Of a stretch of 64,000 nucleotides of DNA, positions 12,850-31,641 are shown piece by piece (the first letter of the stretch is position 1; each line of letters begins with the position of its first letter). Under the pieces are notes generated by a model, which saw only the letters and a program-made list of their open reading frames with translations, ran no database searches and was not told the origin of the DNA. The stretch is taken from assembly GCA_000320545.1 (NCBI GenBank), contig ADNK01001009.1:1-64000 (forward strand), read 5' to 3'. The DNA comes from Bigelowiella natans CCMP2755 (lineage: Eukaryota; Protista; Cercozoa). The position numbers were made by a program, and so were the translations under genes.

Positions 12850-15259
12850 ATGCAACCTCGAGCGATGTCTCGCCTACTAAACTTAAGCATGCACATGCGC
12901 TTCGGAGTGCGATGCCTGGCCAGAGCGACTCCGCTGAGAACGGCCACGCGAACCTATTCGAAGAACGTTGGCACAAATGTTGAGGTGGCGAAAGCTTGTA
13001 TCGTAGCTGCAGACGCTGTTTGCTTCGACGTCGATTCAACAGTCATCACCGAGGAGGTATTCAGAGTGATATACGTCGCACGAAAGAGCTCACTGCTAGA
13101 TACTATTCTATTGTCTTAAATAAAACACTGGGTGTAAACAGGGAATCGACGTGCTCGCTGCATCCTTGTCTCCCGAGAAGGGGGAAAAGGTGGGGGTCAC
13201 AACATCCTGAAATAACCGGCAGACATCTCCTCGTTTCTGACAACTGTTGTTCGTCGTCAAGGTGGCTGAATATACGGCAAACGCAATGGGTGGCTCCGTT
13301 CCGTTTCACGTCGCTCTCGAAGCAAGGTATCGGGTGTACGACGGCAGCGTGAATCACATAGTTCACATGCAGACAAGGAAGGTGTTTAAGATGCACCGAG
13401 ATAGTAGTGGCCCTTTACACGCGAGCTGTTGATATTTATGCTTGGCGTTTGGCTGACTCATTACTTTCTATTGATGAAATAGGCTCTCGATCATGGAGCC
13501 TTCAATGCAGGACATTGAGAAATGCATGAAGGTACTATACCTTTCAACAGCGCTCCGAAATTTGCTGTTTCCCACATTAGAGGAGGGGGGTGAGGAGCCT
13601 GTCTTATTACTGCCGTTTACTCCTCTTTCTGTAAAAGAAATATCTTTTAAAGAAAAACTACTACACATTACCCAGGAGCATCCTTTGGAGTTTTCTCCCG
13701 GTCTAGAAAGCGTAATCTCGATCCTGCAGAAGAAGGTTGTTCGGGCGTGAAGGGCAGAGTCCTTCCGTCATGTTGTGACTATATCGACTTCTTGTGCGCA
13801 CATATAACCCAACATGAATTGTTCTTCTCCATTGCTCTCCTCTTCCTTTTGCTCCCCCCCCTCCTCCTCCTCCTCCTCCTCCTCCTCCTCCTCTTCCCCC
13901 TTCCCTTCCCCCCCTCATCAGGGCACGAAAGTTTATCTAGTGTCAGGAGGGTTTCGCCAGATGATAAATCCCGTGAGTGCAAGAACTGAGCAGCGCTATG
14001 TATAGAGAGAAAATTTCCGCAGACCGACACCCTATGAACACAGCAGTCACAGCTACACCCCAATGGTCGTCTCAGCTTTCTCCTTCCCGCACCCATTATG
14101 CAGATCGCCGACATCCTCGGTATTGACAAGAAGACAGAGGTGCGTGCGTGCGTGTGTGTGTGTGTGTGAAAGAGAGGAGAAGACTAAGATAGCATCGCAC
14201 CGTAGCATTCTCTACGTTTACTGCTTTCCCAACCTACCGATGGGCGGTTGGCCCCTCTGAATTGTATTGATACCGTCTCTGTCGTTGCTGCTTCTGGCTT
14301 CTTTGTGTGGCGTTGTCCCGATCTTCACACGCCGCCGCCCCGCCATACAGGTCTTTGCGAATAACATACTGTTCCAGACTGACGGATCTTACGCTGGGTT
14401 CGACGAAAAGGTGTCGTTTCGCAACCAATAGCTAGTGAAACATATGCTTACTGTCCCACGATGTAATTGCTACATGCAGGAGCCTACGTCTCGCGCTGGG
14501 GGGAAGGAGAAGGTTATCCAGATGCTCAAGGATAAATTTGGGTGCGTTGTCAATTTGCATTCTCTCGCCTTTTCACACGCCGCCTTTTTAGCTTGGGGCC
14601 CGCATGAAGTTGCCACCTCGTAATCGCGAATTAAGAAGCAGAAATCATAGAACCGAAGTGAAACTTTGGCTCTGCAGCGGAGATAATCGGCGTTTCCTTT
14701 TGTAAAAATGTATGTGCTTTGCGGTTGCAATTATCTGGGGAGTTCGTCTCCGCACTCTCCAAATTCCTCGCCGATGTACAATGAATTCACCAATTGCGGG
14801 TACTGCTTCTTCAGGTACGAGACGGTTGTGATGGTGGGCGATGGCGCGACAGATATGGAGGCACGTCCTCCCGCCGACGCCTTTATCGGGTGCGTTTGCT
14901 CGAATTTTCCACATGCACATAATGGTACAACAACACGTAACAGTGTTTCAAGCGCAACCCCCCTCCCCCAAAAAAAAAGAAAAGGGAGAGATCCTTGTTA
15001 TTTCGCCGTGGGAGTCCTTAAGCTCTGGGGAGGAGAGGAGGGGGCGGGTGTCGTCGTAATATACGTGCTTTTTTGCCATTTTTGCCAGCTATGGAGGTGT
15101 GGCGGTGAGGGCCGCCGTGAAGGAGGTAATTCGACCTAAGCGACTACAAACAACTTAAGATGATCATGATGAAGCTACTTTAATATGATGCTTTGTTCTT
15201 GTCAGGGTGCAGACTGGTTTGTCAGCGATTTTCAAGAAGTTATAGATGTCTTAGAATAA
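12850..15259 (+). CDS. PSPH: Phosphoserine phosphatase (HAD family) with N-terminal extension; 12 exons
   Basis: Motif I CFDVDSTVITEE|GIDVLA; AMGGSVPFHVALEARLSIM; VYLVSGGFRQMINP; FANNILF; MVGDGATDMEARPPADAFIGYGG; ADWFVSDFQEV. Stop at 15257-15259. Confidence 0.95.
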
Positions 15260-15569
15260 GGGCGCTCATCGTATCCATGCGCGGATCACCGCGAGGTGTG
15301 TGATGAGTCGGTTATTCGCGTAGCCACGCACAAGGCTGTAGTAGTTGCAGGAGCACTGCGATGTGGGCTGCTTTTCACAAGTTGTTTCGTCAAAACTACC
15401 AACTCTAATTCTATCGTGGATAGCAGTAGCATGAATTACAAGCACGCAAGGCATGTTAAAGCCATGACAGCATCGGTTTAGTCGGTATGGCATTAAGCTG
15501 TAGGCGTCAGTCTAGCTCTCAGCAGTATTAAAAGACGGGTGCAATGTTAAAAAGCATTATATTTTTACA

Positions 15570-15595
15570 ATAGCCATCCTAATGTAGCTTTGCAA
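15570..15595 (-). repeat. Dispersed intergenic repeat, short core copy
   Basis: Reverse complement ttgcaaagctacattaggatggctat resembles the core ttgcacagctacattaggatgaccat. Confidence 0.65.
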
Positions 15596-15938
15596 GGCCG
15601 TATTATATATTGTAAGAGTACATGTAAATGGCATGCGATATTGCAATAATAATTACAAGCCTGGGAGGACCGCGATTCGTCAAGCGTTCGAAAACCATGC
15701 ATAGCTCTAGTATACCTAGATATGGCTAATGGGGATGATGAGTAGCGCTTGCAAATACACTACGATGTAAATGCCAAACGTACATTTCTAGATTTATGCA
15801 TGTCCGTCGATTCACTTCACATTTCGTATGTATGATACATTAATACTTACATGAATTATCGCATAGGTAAGATGCATGCATGATATCAATGCCGTAGAAA
15901 CACGGTACAAATTGCGGATTAGGCTAGCTACTGCTATG

Positions 15939-18111
<2,173 letters not shown>

Positions 18112-18647
18112 TCTTCCTCCCCCTCCTCCTCCCTTGACCACACTGGTGTTGTAAGAGTTGTTGTCCCGTCGTGCCGTTCTGGCAAGGGGTTTTTCGAAAT
18201 GCGACTAGAAAATTATCGTCGATTTCCAGTGCGCGACTCGAAAGTGGTTATCGCGCCTAGATCTAGGTGCCGAAACTCACCGCTGTGTCTTCGAAGAACG
18301 AACCGGAGGGTTTTTTCCCAAGCGTTACTTCCTGGAAGCACCGGCTGCCCGCGACATGCAGAAAAGGCGATTTTTTACGGTTTTTTAAGGTCATTTCATG
18401 TCGAGAGACAATGCCGGCTGCTCAATGGCTTCGGATGCTAGAGATGTGCCGGCAGCAAGTCTGCGAGAGCACGATGTTGATGCATGATGCACAGGGTTAC
18501 GGAACGAACTCCGCCCGAGTGCCACCGACGGTACCCTCAATCTGGCTCGTCGGCGGTTTTCGAGCACCAGAATCGCCTGCCATTTCCTTCGGGTAGTTGT
18601 TCCCACACGGAGGTCTTTGGGCTCAAGCTACCGGGAGCGCCCGTTTT
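18112..18647. promoter_or_regulatory. Putative bidirectional promoter (STX16 / sulfatase)
   Basis: 536 bp between head-to-head ATGs; CpG-rich and free of microsatellites. Similar regions lie at 4767-5648, about 12330-12849, about 28060-28718, 33729-34356, 46329-46670, 53427-53534 and about 60700-60853. Confidence 0.55.
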
Positions 18648-20416
18648 ATGACAAGGATGACCACCCGCCTCTCCCCTCTTCTCAACCTGGCTCTCTTCCT
18701 ATTTTCGTGCACTATCGTGGAAGGAGATCAGAAGAGAAAAAATATAATCTTACTTGTTTTGGATGATGTCGGCTGGGGCGATGTCGGTTTCCACGGCTCT
18801 AACTTCAAGACGCCCCAGATCGATGCACTGGCATATACTGGCGTGCGCTTGGAGAGAATGTCATTACATGTTATATCGCCATAGAAAGATGCGCAGATAG
18901 AATTATCTACATTCGCCAAAGATCATCGCATGATTCTTTGTGATTATCCCCACTATGATTCGACATGTAAACGAGAACTTTCAGACTGTGCTCGGCCCAT
19001 AAGTGCGGTTAATATTAGCGTAATCTAGGTACACGAGCCCAATGTGCTCCCCCTCCCGAGCCTCTATCATGACCGGCCGCTACGCACACAAGCTTGGAAT
19101 GCAGCACTACTCAACGTTGATGCCAGGGTCTCGGGCAGGGTTACCGAAGGATGCCCGAACGCTTGCGGAGATAATGACAGATGAGGGCGGGTACGAGAGC
19201 CATGCGATTGGAAAGTGGCATCTCGGAGCGGGCGACTGGTCGCAGACACCCACGGAGCGTGGGTTCCTATCACACGTAGGCTATCTTCAGGGCGTCAACG
19301 ATTACTTCAACCATTCCACCTTCTCGTGTGCGGGGATCTGTCTTTACAGGTCCAATTGCAAGCAATTTTCCAAGGACAATAAAATGAGGTGTGCAGAGGC
19401 CATTGCCTCGCCCTACGGCCCCGGCGCCGCTGCCCTAGATTTTTGGCAGGATAAGACGGCGTACACCGACGCAACCGGTGAGGGCAGCGAGAGAATATGT
19501 AAATTATATATTACCATGTCTGTACATTGATCCAAGGCATATCTATCTGTGCCACGAGACATCCTTAACATGTGTATGTTGATGTATGCACGCGCTTGCC
19601 TAGGATCGTACAGCGTCGACGTGTACACAAGGAGGTTCGAAGACCTCCTCCAACTCCGCCAGGCAGGAAGTGGCAGAAACGCTGAGGCTGGTAGTACAAA
19701 CTCCGGCAATACCTCTGCGAAGAAACCTCTCTTCATTTACTTTGCCCAGCAGCTACTGCATCTTCCCCTCCATGCTCCACCAGGGCATCGGCACATGGAT
19801 GTCTGTCGCAGTGTTTCCGGGGGTACAGAGGTGGCTAACAGAACGGTGCTGTGCGCCATGGCCTCGAAGCTCGATGAGACCGTGGGCGCCGTAGCAAGCG
19901 CTATCAAAGCGGCGGGGATATGGAACGACACGATTGTGTGGGTGGTCTCAGACAATGGAGGTGTGGATTGATTTTCTCCTTGTCATTTCGTCTCCTCCCC
20001 CTCCCTGCGGTGTGTAGAATCCTTTTGCTGACTTCCATACGAAGCAGCAGAGACGTTGACCAGAGGGGTTTGAGGATATCGGTCTCTTTAACCTCATGCG
20101 CAGGTATGACACACTGGCACGATGGAAATCCTTGGGATGGTGGGCTGCCCGTGTCAGCTAGCAGCAACTAGCCTTTGAGAGGCGGAAAGACGACCTTGTT
20201 CGAAGGAGGTGTTCGCTCCGTGTCCTTCCTCTTCGGCGGCGGCCTTCCCGAGGAGGTTCCATTTGCGAGCACATGCGCGCTAGTTCTTATTATAACAGCA
20301 AGGAGCATCGTGGCGGCAACGCCGACTGTAGCTACGACTGAGATGAGACAAAATAAGCGCAGATTGGAATTGCTGCGTGAGTGTGTGAGTGTTTGAGTGT
20401 GAGTGAGTGTGTGTGC

Positions 20417-20467
<51 letters not shown>

Positions 20468-21392
20468 CATTGCGTGGTTACTCTCTGACGGCCACACTTT
20501 CTTCAGGTCCAGGGAACAAAAAGGGCAGAGCTGCTCCACCTGACGGACATTCTTCCGACAATCGCCCTCGGAATAGCTCAGATAGACCCGGAAAGACTTC
20601 CTCGCGGCCTCGATGGATATAACGCATGGAGCGCCATTACCGCGCAGGGACAACATCATCCGAACATCGATCGCTCCGAGGAGGGAGCTAGCAGCACTAC
20701 TACTATAAGGACCGAGATTCCTCTCAACGTAGCAATCAATCGTGATCTGAACATCATGAGCATACCCAATCCCCTCGCTCCGAGCGCAAGGCAGGCAAAC
20801 TACACCGCTATCATCCAGTGGCCCTGGAAGCTCATTCTCGGCACTGCGCACATTATCAACCCAGGTTGATGGCTCGTTGAATCTGCTAGAATTTGTGGGC
20901 TGTGGTAGCTTGTTGCTAGCTGCTCTCTGACGAATGCTATTGCTGTATTTGGTCGTTTCTGCTGTACAAAACAGGCAACGAAAACCTCAGTGGTAAGAAG
21001 GCATCACAAACCAACACAACAATTACCAAGTCGTAGCTCATATTGTTCGATGATGACATCGATGTGCCGTCTCAGCTTTAGGTAGCACTAACACCACGAC
21101 TTCCTTGAATGCTCACGCTCTAGGATGGTACACGATCGAGAAGTACACCTTCATACCGCCACCACAAAACCAGCTCGGCGCGGCGGTGCTGCTGTTCGAT
21201 CTAGAGCACGACGAAGAAGAACGGAGAAACGTCGCGAGTGCCCACCCGGATATCGTCGCTGCAATGACCGACCGTGTTTACTCGAAATGGCTGGCGGAAG
21301 CAAATGGCTATCGCCCACCCCAGCTAAATTTGCCCATGCCGTCGTTAAATCCCCGGCGCCATAACTGGACCTGGGTTCCGTTCATGTTGTAA
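18648..21392 (+). CDS. Formylglycine-dependent arylsulfatase (arylsulfatase B-like) with signal peptide; multi-exon
   Basis: NIILLVLDDVGWGDVGFHGS..TPQIDALA; CSPSRASIMTGRY (CxPxR at 19045-19059); HAIGKWHLG; PLFIYFAQQLLHLPL; VSDNGG; LRGGKTTLFEGGVR; LFDLEHDEEERRNVASAHPDIV. Hydrophobic N-terminus. Confidence 0.93.
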
Positions 21393-22016
21393 CGACTAGA
21401 CGATATGGTAGTAACGGTTCAACTTTAATCGTTATGGTGATGTGGGCAGCGAGTAGGGACTCTGGCTGGACTCCAGAGCGCATACAATATGATGGTAATG
21501 CATAACTGTGTGGTTGTCGGGCTTTTGAGCACTTGGAATAGGAATAAACGTGGTGCACAGCAATCAAAGTTTCTTTCCAGGGCTGATGACCCGGGAAATG
21601 CACCGAATGAGCTGCAATGCGGACGATCGACATGATATCATTGAGTCCTCCATTGCTGTTGTGCATGCGTCGCGTCATCCATGCAGGGCTACTAGATTGC
21701 CTCAGCGTATAACTACTTGCTGTGCGTGCGTGCCCGTAGTAGTAGGCGAAACGCGGGCGACTGTGGATATGTGATGCATCACTCATAGCATGTGGCCAAA
21801 CTAGCAAACTTATAGCGCGAAAGGGACGTGCTAGCGTGGTCCAAGCGATGCGAGTTGCATGAAGAATCGAGTCATGGATGTCTAGATGTGATCGACGAGT
21901 GAGTGAGTGCACATTGAGACGAATGAGGCGCGCTGTAACACGCCTGCTAGCTAGCTAGATATCTAGACATGCTAGCATGGCGGAGAAGCAGGAAATCCCT
22001 CGCTAGCTAGAGCTCA

Positions 22017-22696
22017 TCAGTCGAATTTCAATGGATGCTCGATCACCCCCTCATCATGTTTTCGTTTCTTCACGGCGAAGAAGGCAACACCTGCGGACCA
22101 TATCGTATCGTTATAACAAAGAGGAAAATCAATAAATAAGATAAAGAGTATAATCAAGACTCTGCTGCTACGGTTTTCTGTTGATGGAGAATGGATCGAT
22201 GCTCGCGTCGAGCTCTCCATCACCTCATCATCATAATGCAATGCCACCGGGGTGCATGATAGCAATCATGATGATAATGATGATGATGATGATGATGATA
22301 ACACAAATGGACGTTAATATGGGTTCGTGTGTATTTGTGTGTGTGTATTTGTGTGTGTGTGTGTGTGTGTGTAGTATCACCACTCGCAGCGCGAATTTGA
22401 GCATCCTTTAGGGCACGGTCTTTCACCAATGACCACGTCCTCTCACTAGCAGGCTGGGGAGAGAAGGAGAAGGAGGAGGAGGAGGGTGGAATTAACAAAA
22501 ATGAGTGGGTAACAAAACCGTCGAGCAAACATCGGATCTATCCGCGCAATGAGAGATTCCTATAACTTTAAATACTATTTACTACTACTATTACTACACA
22601 GCTGCAACCTTTCTACGGTCACTTAGCTGCTCGTCCTGTAAGGCTTTCACCTTCCATTATCATAGCGAATAGGTCAAAATGATAACAATAGTAATA

Positions 22697-22735
<39 letters not shown>

Positions 22736-22847
22736 TGTGTGAGAGAGAGATTGAGCGAAAGAGAGAAGGAAAAGAGAGGAAGGTAGATTGGGGAGATAGA
22801 AAATCGGCGTGTGGTTGGACAATAAACTACCCATCCAGCTCAAACGA

Positions 22848-22887
<40 letters not shown>

Positions 22888-24435
22888 TACTCTTCTCTTA
22901 TAAACTGACTGCTCTCCCATTAGAAGAACAACACCTACCTCATTAAGTGGGCCTTGGCACGACGCCACGATGATAACCGTGTTTCTGTGCACCTTGCGGT
23001 AGCTGAAGAGAAGAGGGAGGAGGGGGGGGAGGAGAAGACGTCTTTTTTTTTTGAAGAGAGAAAAGGAAGATGAGGTACAAGGTCAAACGCTATGTCCGCT
23101 CAAGAACACATCATTGGGGGAAACGGTTCCAACTATCACCACCAAAGTCTGTTGATTGATTCTCTAAATTGGGCTGGTGGTAGCAGTATTCTTCTTGCAA
23201 GCAAAGACTATACGCACACACACACACACACACACACACACTTACAGCTCGGTGATGCCCTCGTTCAAAACTCTTAGCTTCTCAGCACTGGGGGGGTTGG
23301 CGATTGACCCGAGATGGCACATGGAAAAGGAATACTTCCCCTCCGAAGCAGCCCTAGCAGCCTTTTTCAGCGCCTGAGCAGGAGGAGGGCCGATTACAAC
23401 TCAAGCATTACTACTACATACCAAGCTGCCCCATCGTGAGAAATAGCGTCGGGCCTTGTAAGGGAAGAGTGTCGCAGAAATGGGGTGGCAAGGGAACACA
23501 CGTACTTACCACTTCATCCCACCCTCCCCTCCTCTCTCTCTCTCTCTCTCTCCCTCTCTCTTTGTAGCACGGCGGCTGCTGCTGCTGCTGTATGGTGTTT
23601 GTCGCTGCTACATCTGCGTCCGATTTGCAGGAGATGGCGCTGACGTTGCTCGAAGACTTGCCCGCAAATCTCTTGAGAATCTGCGAGTCGGAAGGGCATC
23701 AGCCAAGACGGAGGGGAGGGGAGGGGAGGGGAGGGGGGAGGGGGGGGGGGTATAAAGGCCAAGAAGTATTGCGCTGGCTGCCATCATGATGACGATGGAG
23801 GCTCGAGTCAAAAATATCACTACACAACAACTGTTTCTCTGCGATCACCATAATAACACACTAGCGGTTTATAATTTGGGAGAAGCAGCCACGATGACAG
23901 CTAATAGCACAACCATACCGTCGGGCTGCTACTGATGAGAGCCATGTGCTGCTTTCTATACCTAAGGAAATAGGCAAATGCGCGGGATGAATGGGGATTC
24001 GAATAATATCATCATTGCGCCTGCTCATGGGCAATGATAGCCTCCACGTTCATATCGAGGCGAGAGGGGGGCTTTTGGCGAGAGGTGGACGAAAAGGAGA
24101 GAAAGACGGGAAGGAAGGGGGGGGGGGGGGGAGGAGTAATTAGGAAAATTACTTTTGGAGCATTCCAAAGAGCTCCTGAGTGCCCGAATTGACGATCTGA
24201 TATTATCGCCGCAAATATGGAGAAAGGACGATCTTAAACCTTAAATGCGACTAGCAGCCCACCCCCCCTTGAGAGAGGGAAAAAGCAACAGCTGACATAT
24301 AAAAGGGGAGGGAGACGATGCAAGCGCGAGAGCTACTACCCCGAAAGTGGGACCGTTCTTTATCTTGAGCTGGGCGAGTTCCAACGCTGCAATCGCATCC
24401 TCTGCGCTGTCATGGCCTATGGTGAAAGGAGGAGA

Positions 24436-24468
<33 letters not shown>

Positions 24469-25593
24469 GTGAGGAGGAGGAGGAGGAGGAGGAGGAGGAG
24501 GAGGAGGAGGGAAGGACGGATATACGTCTTTCGCTTCTTAGAGTATCACTATACCTATGGTCCTCTTGTTGTTGCTCTTATGACCGTTGCCAGTGCTACT
24601 GCTAGATCCATCAACTTCTTTGCTCCCGTCCTTTTCCGCCTCCTTTTCTGCCACCCCCTTCTCCTCCGTCGCCCCCCCCTCCCCCCCACCCTCCTCCTTT
24701 TCTTCCTGGACTACTTGGATTTGTCGGTTAAGGTACCTACGTGTACGCGAAACGGGAAGCTTTTACACAATCTGTTGTTGCTAGGAATTGAAGAATGAGA
24801 AGGGGAGGGGGGGAGGAGTAGAAGATACTTCCCACGCACACGCAGCAAATAGAGCGAACTACTGTGGGCGGGGGGGTTGAAGGGACGAAGAAGGAGCAAT
24901 ATTCTTTGAATGCTCTCACAAGGAAACAGCAAATAGCAGCTCTGAGGACGATGACCTTTCTACTAATCTGCGGAGAGCAACTTTGTATGGCGGACCGCGC
25001 GAATGCGGGTAGAGAAGCGAGGTGTCGATGATGCCTGTTTTTCATTTTTAACTATCTCATATGCATGCTTGGACGGCGTAGTGGGCGAGGTTTGTATGCG
25101 TGTTGTGCGTTGCTGTTCTAGTTTTGGTAGCATTAGACAGTGCAATATCGTGCGTGTGTGTGTGTGTGTGTTTTGAAAAAGAGAGACGGTTTCAGCTGAA
25201 TGGCTGTTGCGCTCGGCGATAACACAGATAACGAAGAATCATGAGGGGAGACGAGAAGTAAGGGAGAAGTACGTTCGTGGATGATCTTGAGAGCGAACAG
25301 GTCGTTCTCAAGACTATGGCCGACGAGTACGTCCGCAGCCGTGAGGAAGGCCTTGAGCTCCTCTTGGACGTCCTGCTCGCAGCCACAGCATCAGCAGAGC
25401 CAAAAACACAATATTTGGGAAACAAAATCATGCCATCAAGGCGCGACTAGCTGATGATGATAACCGCTCTACTTAGCGACGGCACGGCCATATGCAGCGG
25501 CAGGTAGGGAGGCCAGCACTGCTCCAGCCGAGGAGTAGAACAAGGGAATGCACACGAGAAGGAGAGAGGGGGGGGGGAGGGAGGGGGAGAGAA

Positions 25594-25635
<42 letters not shown>

Positions 25636-26933
25636 TGTACCTTGAGGTTTTTCGTCACGTCTTGGAGCATTTCGCATGTGATGCCGCTATACTGCGTGTT
25701 GTAGTTGGTGATCTTGCGCCGAGGCTTGCAAAGAGAGTCATAGAGCACCTTGGAAAGATGATGGGGATGATGAATAGAGGGGAGGAGGAGGAGGAGGAGG
25801 AATAGCCTCAACACCCACCAGCAGCACTGCCACTACTACCTTATGATCCTCATCTACGACTGTGACGCGTGCCAGCTCAAAGCCCTTCTCCGTCGTCACC
25901 TAGAGTTATCATTATCATTATTATCATTGTTATTATTTTACCATATTCGGTATCATCAACAATACAGAAGAAGACAGCACAGTAGTCAGGTAAGTTCATA
26001 CATGCCGTCTAAAAGGACGATAATGATGATGATGATGATGATAATGACGATGATGATCACTATCATGATGATAAGTCCGATAGGAATTTCCTCATCCCCC
26101 CCCCCCCCCTTTTCCGCTGTCATCCACATCGATTAGGAGTTGGCTTGCTCCGCCAATCGACATGTCACGAAAACACGGCAACAATGTGAAATGGCACGGT
26201 ATTTTCCCGGCCGGCAGCCCGTCGGCTAATAACAGCTACCAAAGCCATCAATTCGCGTGTCGCCATTGCATATGCACATGCATGCCTGTGCACGTGCTTC
26301 TTCGCTTACCATTTCACAGTCTACGCCGAATAGTCTGAGGTTGCCATCCTCGCTGTCACTGTCGCTGTCATCATCCATCTCCTCCCCCCCGGCGGGCAAC
26401 GACGACGACGAAGAAGATGAGGAAGGCTTCTTGCGGGGAGGGGGGGGGGGGAGTGGCGCGAAAACCGCTGGGGTGGGGTCGGGGCGGTTAAAAAGGTACT
26501 TTGGTGGGGGGTGGTCGGAGGTATGGGGAGGGGAGAAACCAGTGGCTGGGAAGTTACCTCCCGGGACTGTTCCTGCCTTATCACAGCCCTCATTCTCTCC
26601 GTCTTTCTTCCTTTTTCCATCCCCCCCCCCCTCCTCCCTCTCAGTGCTGTCGTCACCAGCGCCGCGCTTGAGGCGCTTGGGTGGGTTGTCGACGCTGGGC
26701 TTCTGCGAGTTCTTCAGGTTCTAACGTTTATCAATCAATCGATAGACTTGTGAATGTATGTACGGATAAATAGCTTTATGCATAGGGATGCAGGCAAGAA
26801 CCCGCGAAAACAACTGAATGCGAGAGGACCTTCTTTTTGCAGTTCAACAGCGCATGAAGAACCTGCACGTGCATGTAGTGGGATTTTTATCACAAAAAGG
26901 AAAGATTACCCCTGGCTCCCTACTACGGCCCCT

Positions 26934-26968
<35 letters not shown>

Positions 26969-28061
26969 CTCCTCCCCCTCTCCCTCTCTTTCTCGTGCTG
27001 CAAGTAGCAGTACCGAGCGCGGGTCGAATACTGAGTTGTTGACTTTGAAAGGAACAGCATACTTGCCGAAATCCCCATCTGATACCCTTAACGTCTCTCC
27101 TTCGCGCGCACTACCAGAAGAGGCATTTGGATGGAATATGCGATGAATGGAGGGAAGGGCACGATAATGGCTCTTGAATGTCTGGAGAAACAGAACGAAA
27201 GGCTGATCAGTAGGTTATCCAAAAGGGAGGGGGGGGGGCAGCACTGAGCACCTCCATGTTGAAGCCATCGATTGCTAGTAGAATTGCTCCCGCTGTAAGA
27301 GGTGTGTTTTTGACAAACACCCACCTCGGGGACTTTATACCTGGTGAGTGTTGGTATTTATGTAAAGAAAGGAAGGGCTCTCTGTGCACATGGTTGCTAC
27401 CCATCGTTAGAGACCACAGAATCAGCTCTTGAATGTTCCATTCGGTGATGTATGGATCCCCATTGATTGTCTTCTGCGAAAGCCAAAAGAAGAACGTCAG
27501 TGTGGTCTCTCATATGAAGAGAAATGGAAGATCATCGTCTCTGCTCGGTTTTCGATAAAAACACGGATGAGAAGGCCATCACGGTTGTTTCGCGGAGTGC
27601 CTACCGGAGTAGAAATTACCTTCAATTTGGCCATTTTATTAGTATTCAGTGAGATGTTCACAGTAGCCTCGTCCCCATATCTAAAGTGCAAACAGCAGTA
27701 CAGAGCGAAGATTGGTTCATGATAGAATGAGCCAGCCAGGAGAACAAATGCCTTACATGTCTATGTAGTCCTGTCGGGTCATATTGTTGTCCTTAATATG
27801 GTTCAAGCGAAACCATCAATCATATTCATAGAATCAAATGGAGCTTCTGAGGGACTACTGAGCGCAGCAGCTTTGTGAATTTCAGCCGACACACACCATG
27901 AGAACATGTCCACGCACCTGGCCTCTGGCCATCATCTTCCTCTTCTTCTTTAGCTTTCGTCGTTCCGCCTTGGAAAGTAGGCATACGTCGATCGATCCGT
28001 TTGCATTTCTGGCCGTTCTTCTCGTTTCGGTGGGGGGGACGCCTCCCTGGCCTGCCTGCAT
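22017..28061 (-). CDS. DEDDh RNA exonuclease, SDN5/REXO5(NEF-sp)-like; many exons, start approximate
   Basis: LFGVDCEM|VTTEKGFELARVTVVD; ITNYNTQYSGIT; VLVGHSLENDLFALK; IIDTSLLYPHSRGPPYKVALR; GHDSAEDAIAALEL. N-terminal DYIDIYGDEA and PRWVFVKNTPL resemble plant SDN5 as I recall it. Confidence 0.85.
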
Positions 28062-28718
28062 CGGGATGCGAATGTGGGGTGGTTGATGTTGCAGGTATTG
28101 TTGTGCTGTAAAATAAAAAATAACACTGAAAACTACTACTACCCCAATCCCATACATATCCAGAATTGTTGCTCTGAGATGGTCTAGCGGCAAATCTTTT
28201 TTGGAACAGAAAATACACCGAATTTATCCTAATATCGAATCCAAGAAGAACAGTGAGGAATATTGGGGTAAAACAGGCAGGATCTTCATTCCCGTTACAC
28301 CAGCTGTGTAGCTGTGCAAGAGGATCATTGTCGGAAACACCTGCGACAGGACTAATTTGTTGTCGCAGGTAAATATCCTCAGAAACTTCTCTCCTTTTCT
28401 TGCTCTGAGAAGAGAAAGAAGTTAAGAAGTAGATCTAAGTAGGTAAGTTACCGCTTGTTGTTCCCAACACAAAAGCTAAAGTCATCCCACCCTAAGGTCG
28501 AGTAACAATGAGATACTTGTATTGAATCATCCGCGGTTTGCTCCGGGAAGAGTCTTTAGGCCTTCCGGTTACCTGTGTGTGAGTGTGTGTATGTGGCGAA
28601 TCCAATGATACCTCCTCCTCCTCCTCCTCCTCCTCCTCCTCCTCCTCTTTTTCGGGTGACTTACTACCTACTTCTTGGGCAATCAGCATTTTATTTCTCG
28701 GGAGCAACAAAGCGAATC

Positions 28719-31202
<2,484 letters not shown>

Positions 31203-31461
31203 AGTTTTTTTTCTCCTCGTGGAGACAATCGATGTACACACGAGAATGATTGGGTGCCATAGCATTATAAACAGCCAGACTAGCAGAGCTGCTTATATGC
31301 TGAGTACTTTACAGACAGCCGAACCATATCCGCTATAACTACAGAACTGTGGCACATTGCAGCGAAGTAACAATGACATAGGTCGACGAGCGCATGCGCG
31401 AGCAATATAATGTGAAGCCCGTGATATGTGTGGGCTACGTACTTGCGTTGTATATACGCAT

Positions 31462-31533
31462 GTAAGACGGATGTAATGAATCAAATAATAAATTTGTTCA
31501 ATGGTCATCCTCATGTAGCTATTCAATGCAGCG
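31462..31533 (-). repeat. Dispersed intergenic repeat, inverted copy left of the LINE remnant
   Basis: Reverse complement cgctgcattgaatagctacatgaggatgaccattgaacaaatt...ttcattacatccgtcttac aligns to 9057-9126. Confidence 0.85.
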
Positions 31534-31641
31534 CGGCATGTGACAAGCATATTGCATGATTTTTGTAGTCATGTACGTATATAGGACAGTAATTGCTATA
31601 AATCGAGACAGCGTAGCGTATATATACTTCAAAATGAAGCG

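Noticed and set aside
27969-27986. Possible 18-nt GT-AG intron (gtatgcctactttccaag) reminiscent of nucleomorph-sized introns
   Set aside because: It is in-frame and open, so not required. The rest of the window has normal-sized nuclear introns.
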